Below, in pieces: positions 52,215 to 64,000 of a stretch of DNA of 64,000 nt. The position numbers were made by a program, and so were the translations under genes. The stretch spans positions 187,550,001 to 187,614,000 of the forward strand of contig OX597814.1 in the NCBI GenBank assembly GCA_951406725.2. The letters run 5' to 3'. The notes under the pieces were generated by a model that saw nothing but the letters and a program-made list of their open reading frames with translations, ran no database searches and had not been told where the DNA came from. Each line of letters starts with the position of its first letter. Position 1 is the stretch's first letter. The DNA is from Octopus vulgaris (lineage: Eukaryota).

Positions 52215-52217
<3 letters not shown>
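52045..52217 (+). mobile_element. 5'-truncated SINE C
   Basis: gttggcgttaggaagggcatcc...catgctagcatggag...aaacgatgatgat. Confidence 0.85.
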
Positions 52218-52260
<43 letters not shown>

Positions 52261-52769
52261 TGGGTGTGTGTGCACACGCACATGCATGCATGTGTCAAAT
52301 TAGCTTTATAATTTGAAAACAAAAATTCCTGATAGAAGAGTTTAAAATCTAAAAACAGTATGCAAGGGAGACAACTTCAACAATATCAGCTAATTAAAAT
52401 TTGGAATATAAAGACAATGCAGTTAGTTAAAGAGTAAACTTTGCTTATAATGCTAACTGCTGAAAACACCAGAATAGCAATGCAAATTTTACCTCAACTA
52501 TTTTATACAGAAATAGAACCAGAGAAATAGTGACAGAGCCTCTGTGTGTGTGTGTCTGTTCATCTCACCTCTTAGCTTGGGGTGCTACCTGGACAGCTCA
52601 TCACCACTATTTATCACTGGGGATTCCACTGATTCATTCTTACTCTCTCTCTCCTAAATGCAAGTATCCATGTTGTTCCCCTGCTGTAGTCCAACCTCTT
52701 CTCTCATACCGTAATCCCCATCTAACGCTCCCTCCCAGAATTTTGTAGGCTTGTGAGCTGCTTTCAACC

Positions 52770-52997
52770 ACAATAGTGCCAGTGACACAAAAAATGCACC
52801 AAGTACACACTGTAAAAGTGGTTGGCATTTGAAAGGGCATCCAGCCTAGAAACCAAGCCAAGGGCATCCAGCCCATGGAAACCAAGCCAAAGCAGACACT
52901 AGAGCATAATGTGGTCCTTGGACCCACCAGATCCTTGTCAAGCATCCCAACTCAAGCCAGCACACAAGATGGTCATTAAATGATGATGATGATGATA
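52770..52997 (+). mobile_element. Degenerate SINE C with an internal ~27-bp duplication
   Basis: aagggcatccagcc...gaaaccaagcc present twice; (gat)n tail. Confidence 0.7.
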
Positions 52998-53158
52998 TAT
53001 ACAGACATCTCTCTCTTCCTCTCTCTCACACACATACAGATGCCAGCATGGCTGAGTATAGTGGTACATGGCTGAGTATAGTGGTACTTTATATAGATGA
53101 AAGCAAGCTTTTGTGTAAGTTCAGGAATGGCTGTATATGGAAACAGCTATGTTATATC

Positions 53159-53194
<36 letters not shown>

Positions 53195-53581
53195 ATGCAT
53201 GCACACACGTACATGAATATATGTGCATATATATATACACACACACACATGTTGTGCATAGACACATATGTACCTACACACACACAAAGGATCTTCATAA
53301 GTCCGGGTTGGGTATATATTTACATATGAAATGTTCTCAGAATGTGGACGAGGTTTGATCTATGAAAGACCAGCAATTGCCCGATTACCCCCACCCCACC
53401 CCTTCCTTCCAATCCACTGCACTGGAATGGGTATTTTATTTCACTCCCTGGAAAGGATGAAAGGCAAAGTTCCTCCCAGAAGGATTTGAATTCAGGAGCT
53501 GCAGCAAATTCTGTAAATTATTTTGCTTGATTCTGTAAAATTTCTGACAACAATTCACCATCATTAAATACACATGCACGT

Positions 53582-53651
<70 letters not shown>

Positions 53652-54810
53652 GATATCAATATTATAAAACATAAAGTCACATGACTCTTTTTTGTTTGCT
53701 AGTTTCCTCTTTCTGTCATGCAGCAGAATTGTGGAAGCAGAAAGCAGTGGCTGTGCTGAGAGAAGTGGAAGAGAGAGAAGAAGAAGCATCATAAAGAGAG
53801 ATGGATTAGAGAGATAACTCTATCAGCGGGAGAGAGAGAGAGAGAGACAAGGTGCAAAATAAAGAGTGAGTAAAATAGCCAGCAGTCAGTCAAGGAACCA
53901 GATAGGCAGCCAGGTGAGCAGACAGTAAAATATAGGGAAGGATGGAAAAAAAAAATACAGTAATAGGGAAGAGATACAAAGAAGCGGGGATAGAATGTTA
54001 CAATAGAAAGAAGTTTAAGAGGGAACATGGAAAAGTGAAAGTGATACAAAGAGTGTGCAGGTGACAGAGAATTACATACACATTTATCAAGAGAGAAAGA
54101 TAGATAGAGTGACAGAGAGAGAGACAGTGTGAGAGAGAGAGGGTGAAATTCATGTATGATATCCAAGTGGGAGGAGGCAGTAGAAAATGAAGAGGAGTGG
54201 AAGTTTTTTCTTTCTTCTTTTTATTTAACAGAAGGGGGGTGGATGGGGGCAGAGATATAAAGAGGAAGATAATAAATAAGCAAATATATGAGTCACTGAT
54301 CAGAGAGAAAAATGAAGGAGAGTAAAGAGGGGGTTAGGGTTTCAAATGTAACGCAGGTAATTGCAAGTCAGATGAAGAAATTCTCAGCCGTACAGAGAGG
54401 AACTGCTTGACTTCAGAATGCAGGAAGAAGACAAAGATTATCCATTCAATTTCTTGATATGAATTGGAAAGACGTCATGTTGCAAAACAACAACAACAAC
54501 AACAAAGAAACAAGCAAGACTCGAAGTAAAAATAAACAAAAAAAGACAATAACCGAAAGAAGCAAAAGCAAAGTGAGTGAAGAAAACAGAGCAAGACTTG
54601 AAACACAAAGATTAAGAATTCCTAAAAGGAAACAGAAATAAACCCTGTCATTTTTTATGGGTTTAGGTACACACACACACACACACACACACACAGAGGT
54701 ACTTCTACACTTATCATATAATACATATGTGCAGATTATATAATTATATAATGTACACATTATGTGTAAAATATATGCATATACATTTATAAATGTATAG
54801 TAATAATAAT

Positions 54811-55022
54811 AATCCTTTCTACTATATGCACAAGGCCTGGATTTTTGTGGGGAGGGGAACAATTCACATCAACCCCAGTACTTGACTGGTAATTACTTTA
54901 TAAACCCTGAGAGAATGAAAGGCAATGTTGACCTTGGTGGAATTTGAACTCAGAATGTAGAGACAGACAAAATAATGCTAAGCATTCACCTGGCATGCTA
55001 ATGATTCTGCCAGCTCGCCGCC
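54811..55022 (-). mobile_element. SINE family B, immediately followed by a decayed SINE C (55030-55205, minus)
   Basis: gaatttgaactcagaa...ctgccagctcgccgcc head; cacaaggcctg tail. Confidence 0.8.
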
Positions 55023-55235
55023 AAAGCCACCACCACCATCATGTAATGTCCGCCTTCCATGCTAGTATGGGTGGGATGGTTTTACAAGAGCCACTCAGGC
55101 AGAAGCCTTCACCAGACGACTGTGATTTTTACAGCTGAATGCCCTTCCTAACACCAACCACTCAGCAGAGTGTGGACTTAGTGCTTTTTACATGGCACAA
55201 GCACAGGCAGCAGTAGTAGTAGTAGCAGCAGCAGC

Positions 55236-55277
<42 letters not shown>

Positions 55278-55311
55278 CATGGAGGGAATTTATAAATATT
55301 CTAACTACACA

Positions 55312-55655
55312 CATTTGGCTGCAGCCATGCTGGGGCACTGCCTTGAAGAGTTTTAAGTTGAATAAATCATCCCTAGGACTTATTTTTTAGGTCAGATATT
55401 TATTCTACCGTACTCTTTTGCTAAACCACTAAGTTACAGGGATGTAAACACACTAACACTGGCTGTCAATCAGTGGTGGGAGACATACTCAGACGCAAAA
55501 GTATGTATGTGCCTCTGTGTATGTGTGTGTGTGTGAGAGGCTTCTTTCAGTTTCTATCTACTGGATCCACTCACATGGCTTTGGTCAGCCTGAGGCTATA
55601 GTAGAAAACTCTTGCCCAAGGTGTCACATAGTGGGACTGAACTTGGAACCGTGTG
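55312..55655 (-). mobile_element. Degenerate SINE A
   Basis: ccatgctggggcactgcc...ggcttctttcagtttc...cttgcccaaggtg...gggactgaac. Confidence 0.8.
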
Positions 55656-56267
55656 CGCGTATGTGGCCAATTCAAATAAACAAATAAAAACGGACAACAC
55701 GAAGACATGCATAAGGAATGTACTAGCTTGATGCTCGAGGCACAGACATCGCTATGTGGTTCAAAGAGCTTGCTTCCTAACTAAATGGTATTGGGTTGAG
55801 TGTCACTATATGGCATGAGGAAATGTCAATGTCAGGAAAATCCAAGCCCTGTAAGTTGATTTGATAAGCGAAAATTGAGAGAAACATGTTTAGGCATGTG
55901 TGTGTGTGCTTGCACATATGTCTCCTTGTCTTGACATTGTGTGATAGTTCTAAGTGACTGTTAGCAGATTTGGTAAGGGGTCACTCACATGTATGAGCAT
56001 ATATGCATTTGTGTCTCCCTGTCTGGACATGTGCTAACTGTAAGCAAATGACACCATCATATAAGTAGTCATTGTGCTATTTACATGTGAAAGTGTTAAC
56101 TTGCATGGTGACAGGTAAGGATTACCAACAGGAAGAGCATCCAGTAGAAAATCTGCTATAATGATTCGCATCAACCTGGTGCAAGCTTTAAAAAGCAGAT
56201 GGTCACGCACACACACTTGTATACATACATACATTGTATACATATATATACAAGTCGTATGTTTATA

Positions 56268-56412
56268 TCATTCGTTCAGCGTCTGCTTTCCATGCAAGCA
56301 TGGGTTGGACGGTTCAAATGGGGTCTGGGAAGCCAGAAGGCTGCACCAGGCCCAGTCTGATCTGGCAATGTTTCTACGGCTGGATGCCCTTCCTAACTCC
56401 AACCACTCCGTA
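56268..56412 (-). mobile_element. SINE C fragment
   Basis: catgggttggacggttcaa...tctgggaagccagaaggctgcaccaggc...ggatgcccttcctaac. Confidence 0.85.
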
Positions 56413-56466
56413 TACGAATATATATATGTATATATCTATGTCTATCTGTCTATCTATCTATATATA

Positions 56467-57361
56467 CAGGGTGCAGTGAATATATTGTCATCTAAATTAT
56501 GCAAAAATGAAAGTAATATTGACATCTCATTTTAACAGATATATTTACCAAAATTACGTAAAAATATCTTCAAATACTAAAGGGTAAATTTATTCAATAA
56601 AATTGCCATCAGCTTCAACCAAGGCCCTCAGATGACTTCAGAATCTCCTGCCACTTTTCTGGACAGTCCCCTTGTTTAAGTTGGTGAATGCTACCATTCA
56701 TTATCCTTGACTTCAGTTCATCTTTTGTGTTACAAGGAGTTTTGTTGGTCTCTCACTCAACTACACCCCACACATAACAAGCAAGGAGGTGGCAGTCTGG
56801 GGAGTTAGGTGGCCAGATGTTAGGGGTCATGTGGTTGCACAAATTGTCTGACAGCCATGACTGGATTCTCCTGTGTATGTGGCATGGTGCAGAGTCCTGC
56901 TGCCAGACATAGGGTCTTCCAGCAGTCACCTTCTTGATCCAAGGCAGCACTACCTCCTCCAGGCAATTGATGTAGGCCTTCATGTTGAGTCTGAAGCTGT
57001 GTGGGAAGATGAATGGGGGCATAATGTCGCCATCACTAGTGATCACTCCAAACACCATGATGTTGACTGGATGTTTGATTTTTATCACTCTCGGTACATG
57101 TTTTGGGGACATGGCAAGCCAACAGTTGTTCTATGTGTTCACCATCAGTTCATATTTGGGGGCTTCCGGCACGAATGCCAAGCAGTACAGCATTTTTGTT
57201 TCCAAATTCTTGTCAGAGTGAATTGCGTCATGGTGCTGTTTTTCTCGCTGATGGTGCCCAACTGACCCTACTAGACTGTATAGTCTACAAAATCAAAAAC
57301 AAACAATACACATGCATGAAATTAAAAATATAAAAGGTGACAATTAACCCATTGCACCCTA
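56467..57361 (-). mobile_element. Internally deleted Tc1/mariner element of DD37D (maT) type with TIRs; transposase remnant ORF at 56753-57112
   Basis: TIRs cagggtgcagtgaatatattgtcatc / ggtgacaattaacccattgcaccct. The ORF has VFGVIT, WQQDSAPCH and WPPNSPD; 37 residues separate the second D from the (mutated) third acidic position. Confidence 0.9.
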
Positions 57362-58093
57362 TGTGTATTTCAAAAATTTAAACAACAAACGAACATTTTT
57401 ACAAAAACACAACAAAGAAAATTCTTAGCTAATTCCTCATCAGTCAATGTCCAAAGATCATTACAATTTTGCGCCTTTGACATTGATATTGTTGACTTTT
57501 GGTGGCGCCAGTGGTGAAAAGCCACTGGGAGTAGCTAAGGAACATACAGGACAATGACGAAAACAAACACAACAAAATAAAAAATATACATATACAAACA
57601 AAAGAAGCCATGCAGCTGCAATCATCATCCTTCAAAATTTGTTTTCCATACTGGCATGAGTTGGATGGTTTGACCAGAACTGGCAAGCAGGGGAGGTTCC
57701 AGTCTGATATATATAAAGTGTGTGTGTGTAGGTACATATTTACAATATACATAAAGCATATACATGTATGTGTAAATATAAACACAAGGTGATTTACAAG
57801 TATTTTGACGTTTAAATGATAAGATTGTTGTTACTTAGTAATAATTCTACTTTCATATAGACCAGCCGTTCTAAAATCCTTGAGCTATGCCAGTTGGTGA
57901 GGAGGGGGTGGCTTAATAAATGTGGTGGAGAAGTAGGATAAAGGTTTGGTGAGATGGTCAGAGAGAGAGAGAAAGAGAGAGAGAGAGGAGACATGTCATA
58001 CAATACATTAAGAAGCACAAGTGACCTCTGTTATTAGGTAGTTTATATCAATGTTAAAGGATCTTTTGAAACACACAGACAGACAGACAGACA

Positions 58094-58155
<62 letters not shown>

Positions 58156-58281
58156 GTGTGAGAATGTGTGTTTTTGTCTATGTATGACTATATTTTGAAT
58201 ATAAGCTTCATGGATTTAACAACATTTGTAATCTTACAATTTTCTTCTGTCTCTCTGAAATTCAAACACTTAGTTTTTGGA

Positions 58282-58325
<44 letters not shown>

Positions 58326-60833
58326 GAGAGAGACCGTGTGCATAATATATGTAATGTATGGATATATAAAGCATAATACCCAAACACAAGAATATTTTTA
58401 TGCACAAACAGTTTGTCTCGGAAATTCTTAAAAAGTTAATGCAGTTACACAATTTGTAATGCCTACCATGCTGTGCAAAGTAAAAAGATGTGAACGCTTC
58501 TTGTTGCTTTGTTATTCTCTTTGCAAACAAGGAAGTAAGGATATTGCTCTAACATGTTTTATGGCCACACCTCAGGACAAGCAACCTCATTTTACAACCA
58601 ATGAAGGGAACTTCATAAGATTTGCTATGTTACAACCCTGTACTTAACTGAAATGGTTAGACTAATTTGCATATGATGCATTAGTTGGCAGTAGAGCTAA
58701 ATACTTTAATAGTTTTATGCACAGTGTGCATTAGAAAATCTAAGATAAATTTCATGTAATTAGCCTAGTTTGTAATGCCTACACTATGAAAATGTTTAAT
58801 GTATACTATAAAAATAACCTTTTAATCACACCTGTACTAAACATTTCTCAGCCACATATGCAATTAATAAATCAACCAAGATTCCATATTTGAAATTTTT
58901 ATCTACCTACTTGTATTTTATATAGATTATAATTTTTTTCTGGCCCTTTCTATTCGTATTTTATTTCTTTTTCCCCCATCACTATACTCTATCTACCAAC
59001 TAACTTTGCTCCATCTTCTCACATTTTTACTTCTGTTTATACAACAAATGCCAGTTCTTAAGAATTCGTTAAGCAAAACTTTGTGATACTTTGAAGTTTC
59101 TGAATAAATTTAAGTCTACTTATTAAGTTCTTTGTTCAGTTAATGTTACATTGTTTTTTATGTAATTAAAAACCCCTTTATTAATAAAGTAGCTACCTTT
59201 CTTTGACAGAGCACATTTTCAATATATTCTAAAACAAAAGATCAAAAGGTACAACAACAAATACCCTTTCTGATGAAAAACAGCCTGGTACATTCACAAA
59301 AAGTTTATCTTAAATGTTTGTTTACTACAGAAAACTGAAAGTTTCATCAAAAGGATTAAGCAGAGAAACTACTTCTTTAAAAAAAAATCATTTGAAAACA
59401 AATATGGCCTCAAAATAATAAAATGCCATCCACTTAATATTCTACTAGAACCATTTCAGAACCATCTTTTTCTTATGATCAAGAACATTAAATTCAGAAG
59501 AAACATCAACCTTTCCCAAAATGAACTTCAGAATCAGATTAATAAGTTAAAAACTAACAACAACATGTTTGTTAACTGCAACAAAACAAACGAAAAAAAA
59601 AATTCAATGAACAAACCTACCATCATTTTCTGTCCAATTCCATTAGAATATTATAAAAGAAAATATTTTAAAAACTATGTTATTTTAAATGCTGTTTCTA
59701 CTAGTATTAAGAAATATTGTTACTGAATTATATCGACACAGAAGATAGAACTGATATATTTGTTACAATGGAACCCAATTTTACTTACAAAATATTATTT
59801 TAAAAATGTATTTGAATTCATTATCTCTAAAATTAAATACTAATTACAATTACTGTTTTTGTAACCATAATTACAGTTCTATTATGTAATGATTCACTCA
59901 ATCCAAAATCAAAATTATTGCCAGTTCTTCCAGTATGACATTTGTGATTACTAACTTATGACAACTGAAATGATTCTTAGAGCTGCCCCCAACTTTTAAA
60001 TATAAATATACATCCACTTGTAAATCCATAACCATTCCCTACAAAATTATACAATTTTTCTACCTCTATTTTTTTCTTTTTTAAATTCTATTCTCATGTT
60101 ACTTTTTTTTATACATTTTCATTTGAGTGTGTTTGTGTGTGTGTGAGAGAAAGAGAAAGAGAGAGAGAGAGGTGGGGGCACATACACACTCATGTGCAAA
60201 AAATTTACAGGATGTTTATGTGTTTACAGCTATATGCATTTATGCATATGTGCGAATGTGCATTTATGTTTATATACATATATATAAACTGAATGAGAAG
60301 TGAAAGGAAAGGAGAATACTGCAAACAGAAAAGTGTGAAGGAAACAAATAGCTCACTGCAAGATTCGAGAACTTAACTGTTTACATCAACAAGTCTCTAA
60401 ATTAACAAACAAAAAGAGAAAAACCTACTGATTTGATGTTATCCATGATCAATAAAGATGCTTGAAGAAACCAAACAAAGTCAGTTTTTAGACACTGGAT
60501 GTCCTATTATATTGCATTTCAATTACCATTTGCCAACAGATGGGAGGTATCAATTGAGATGAAAATACACAAAGTGGATTACCTCTCTCCATAAATATCA
60601 ACAGACTATAGAAAAACATTTGATAACAGGATACTATCTTTCCATGGAAAAGGAATAATGAATTTAGAAAGTACTAGCTATGACTTTGTGACAGACTACC
60701 CAAAATTTACAGGAACTGCTATAGGCAAACACTCACAGGTAAACTCAGCAGTAAGTTAAAAAGCTTTGTTATTATATTGCATGATATAAGATTAACTCTA
60801 AGTTTACACTAAAACCAAAAACTGTGGGTTTAA

Positions 60834-61276
60834 CCCTTTAGTGTTTAACCCTTTAGTATTTAAACCGGCCATATCCGGCCAAAATATTTAATCTGTTTTA
60901 TGCTCAAACTGACCAGATCCAGGCTCTCACACCTACCCTACAATGTTATTCTACATTAAGTAACTACACCATCAAGATCTTGAAGATATGAGAAAATGCA
61001 TGATTAATTCAAATTAATAGGAATCAATAAGCATTATGTTTGATAGAATAATCTGAACACTAAAGGGTTAAACTGGCCATATCAGACCAAAATTATCTTC
61101 CTGTTTTATGCCCAAACCAGCCAGCTTTGACCTCTCACACCTACCCTACAAAATCATTTTAAAAATAAACAGGGGCATCATCAAAATCTCAGAGTTACAA
61201 GATACTGTACAATTAATTTTAAACAATGTGATTAAACAGGCTTTACATTTGACAGAGTAATCTGAAAGCTAAAGGG
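60834..61276. mobile_element. MITE P1 (outer) containing a second P1 copy at 60849-61067
   Basis: TTAA at 60830-33; inner TTAA at 60845-48 and 61068-71; the outer body resumes with actggccatatc and ends taaaggg. Confidence 0.85.
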
Positions 61277-61446
61277 TTTAATGCTACCAAGATCATAAAT
61301 GTTTTTCCTTAGAATGATCTAGAGTCATTCAAGGGAGAGGGAAATTTAGCCTGTAAATAAGTAGCACGTCCACAATGGTACTATAATTGAATGAGCTACA
61401 AAGTGAGTACTGTGCAAACATGAAATTTAAAACAGATTTGATATAT

Positions 61447-61669
61447 ATTTCTTTACTACTCACAAGGAGCTAAACACAGAGGGGACAAACAAGGACAAAC
61501 GAATTAAGCCGATTACATCGACCCCAGTGCGTAACTGATACTTAATTTATCGACCCCGAAAGGATGAAAGGCAAAGTCGACCTTGGCGGAATTTGAACCC
61601 AGAATGTAACGGCAGACGAAATACAGCTACGCATTTCGCCCGGCATGCTAACGTTTCTGCCAGCTCGCC
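61447..61669 (-). mobile_element. Full-length SINE family B
   Basis: Same sequence and orientation as 11278-11507. Confidence 0.9.
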
Positions 61670-63169
61670 ACATTCACGCTGATTTGATAAAACCAGTGAA
61701 ACTCTTCTGAAAGTTGTTGCAAAACTACTGAATGGAAAATCATCTGGTAGTTCAGATATTGATGTAAGAAGCTCACATACAGTACATTATATTTATGCAT
61801 GTACATATATAATGGATGTTCATCAGTTTCAATGATTAACATTCAATTGTTCATCCAAGTGGACAGCCTGTTCATTGAACTAGTGCACAAGCAGCTAATC
61901 ATTCATTGACACATAGGACTTTAGCAAAATTCTCAGGAAGAACCAGCAAAACTCAATGTAACAAGGGTTTAAGTTCCCCACTCTACACAATTTGACTCAG
62001 ACACATGCCAAAAATGCCTTACAGTGAGATTGAAGGTGGGGCTTTGTGATTGCAAAGGAAACTTCTTAACCATTTAGCAGTGTGTGTATGTGTATGTGAT
62101 GCAAGGGTGTATGCATATATATATATATATATATGTATGTATACATGCATGTCTGCATATGTATATATTTTGCTTTATATTCATCTATCTATCTATCTAT
62201 CTACACACACATACATACAGAGACACACAGATAGACACACATGCACGTATGCATGCATGTATACATACATTTTATGTATAAAAGCCTCTGACTTCTTCTA
62301 TCCAAAAGTGTTTTTAACCTAATATTTACCTGTTATTATTTAAAGCTTTATCTACTTCATGTTCTACTGTTAAAAATGAATTTATGTTCTCTTGCAGTTT
62401 CTAAATTCTTCCAAAAATTCCAGCCCACTATTTGGAAATTGTTTTAAATCTTGGAAAAAGCAACAATCAAGAAACAATGCAATAATCAAAGAAGTACAAC
62501 ACAGATGTAGAAAATCTACATTGCAAAAAGTAATATAAAGACAAATCAGTGAGAATTTAACAGACTGTCAATGAAAATCAAGATTATGAAATATTGGGTT
62601 ATCTAAGAACTGCTCGCAGTTTCTCTTTTTAGAATATTTATTTCCTTCCAACAATTTGAAACAGTGTTTATCTTTTTACTATATTTCCTTAGGATTTTAT
62701 TTCCAAAAAATGATTTTGAATTATTTATTCACACGCGCACATGTGTGAGTGTGTTTATATGTATATGTTTATATGTATATATATATATACATATGAATAT
62801 ATATGTATGTATTATGAAGTAAATTTAATATTAATAATTTTTTTGTATTTGAATTCCTTTTTCATTGTTAATGAAATGTGACATGTTTACATTCAGAATA
62901 AAACATTTAAATGATGTATAATTATGTATTTTACTCAGTGGATAAAAAGCATCATGACACAGTTATTAATGATATATTTGGTATAAAGATGAATTTGCAG
63001 ACAATATATTGATTCATGATGTAATTACTTTGTGATGAAATTCAAATTTAATGAAATTACAGGTGATGTATTTAACATGATGTTTTTATCTGTGATGAAT
63101 TTACCTGATAACACTCTAAACATTTCAATGCATATATATGAATATAAGCAAAAAAACAAGGAGTGTAGC

Positions 63170-63370
63170 ATTTAACGAAATAGTGTACACAATTGCATAA
63201 AGAAGTGCCAATCGCTTAAAGTGGATGGAACTTGTGGAACAGGGAGACTCAGAAAGACATGGGACAAAGCATTGAAGGTTAATCTGAAGACAACGAGTCT
63301 CATGAAAGAGATGACAAAGGACTGAGATATCTGTTGCCTTGCTGTATGCAAGGAAACCCATCTGCCACAA
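63170..63370 (+). mobile_element. RTE LINE 3'-end fragment
   Basis: LKVDGTCGTGRLRKTWDKAL...MTKD* (cf. the GRPRKTW motif). Confidence 0.7.
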
Positions 63371-63414
63371 CAGAACTGATACCAGTACTGATGTTGCATA
63401 AAAATTAAAGTGAA

Positions 63415-63790
63415 TAAGGTGCAGACATGGTTATTGCAGTTAAGAAACTCACTTTGCAAACCACATGGTCTCATGTTCAGTCCTACTGCATGGTATGTTT
63501 GGCAAATGTTTTCTACTATAGCCCAGCATCGAACCAATTCTCTCTCTCTCTCTCTCTCCCCCTCTCTCTCTCTCTCTCTGCATCCATTTTTTCTATCATT
63601 GCTTGATAAGATGTTGGTTTATTTACATTCCCATAACATAGTGGTTTGGCAAAAAGGACCAATAGAATAAGTACCAGACTGTGAAAAAAAAATAAGTACT
63701 AAGGTTGATTTGTTTGACTAAGCCTTTCAAGATGACAACCCAGCATGGCTGCAGTCCAATAACTTAAACAAGCAAAAGATAAAAGACAAA
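63415..63790 (+). mobile_element. Degenerate SINE A
   Basis: aaaccacatggtc...ttcagtcc...atagaataagtacc...cccagcatggctgcagtcc...aagcaaaaga. Confidence 0.75.
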
Positions 63791-64000
63791 GAAATGTTTT
63801 TTTTTAATAAAAAGAACAGTCAAGAGATGACATAATAAGCTAAAATTCAATAGCTGCATGGAGCCAAGCAAGTTAAATAAATGACCAGTATGTAGCACCA
63901 TCATCAGTGAAGTCAGAATGACGACAACTCAAATTGTCTATTTGACCAAATTTTTGATGTTGTATCACCTTGTTATAAAATATCATACATCAAGCATAAA

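Noticed and set aside
53047-53087. 20-bp tandem duplication (also a ~31-bp one at 49491-49540)
   Set aside because: Ordinary slippage duplications with no further structure.
56753-57112. Transposase ORF as an active or domesticated gene
   Set aside because: The element is only ~0.9 kb, the N-terminus is missing and the third catalytic Asp is replaced.
60583-60605. Possible 23-nt minus-strand microexon (tttttctatag| ... GAG|gtaatc)
   Set aside because: Short pyrimidine tract and moderate donor; expected by chance over 64 kb.

Overview
AT-rich, microsatellite-saturated animal DNA whose repeat families (tRNA-derived SINEs, RTE LINE relics, mariner/maT relics, TTAA MITEs) point to an octopus genome; the taxon is recognised from memory of those repeats, not by search. 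Almost all ORF-track entries are microsatellite or transposon artefacts. The one real gene signal is missed by the ORF track. A minus-strand exon at 2426-2597 encodes [21 protein letters not shown], matching the N-terminus of ZMIZ1 (human [20 protein letters not shown]). The rest of the window is most simply the large 5'-UTR intron region or upstream region of that gene. It holds three well-flanked candidate non-coding exons (13566-13705, 24851-24975 and a 26-nt microexon at 32918-32943) plus weaker candidates. Most notable: (i) a spliced leader whose uORF layout changes with exon inclusion, (ii) inverted SINE and transposon pairs bracketing those exons (circRNA or ADAR substrates), (iii) a recurrent TTAA hotspot for nested MITE insertion, (iv) decayed hammerhead-like motifs, and (v) unusual insertion junctions. 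Exon joins and all functions are inferences that need RNA data.
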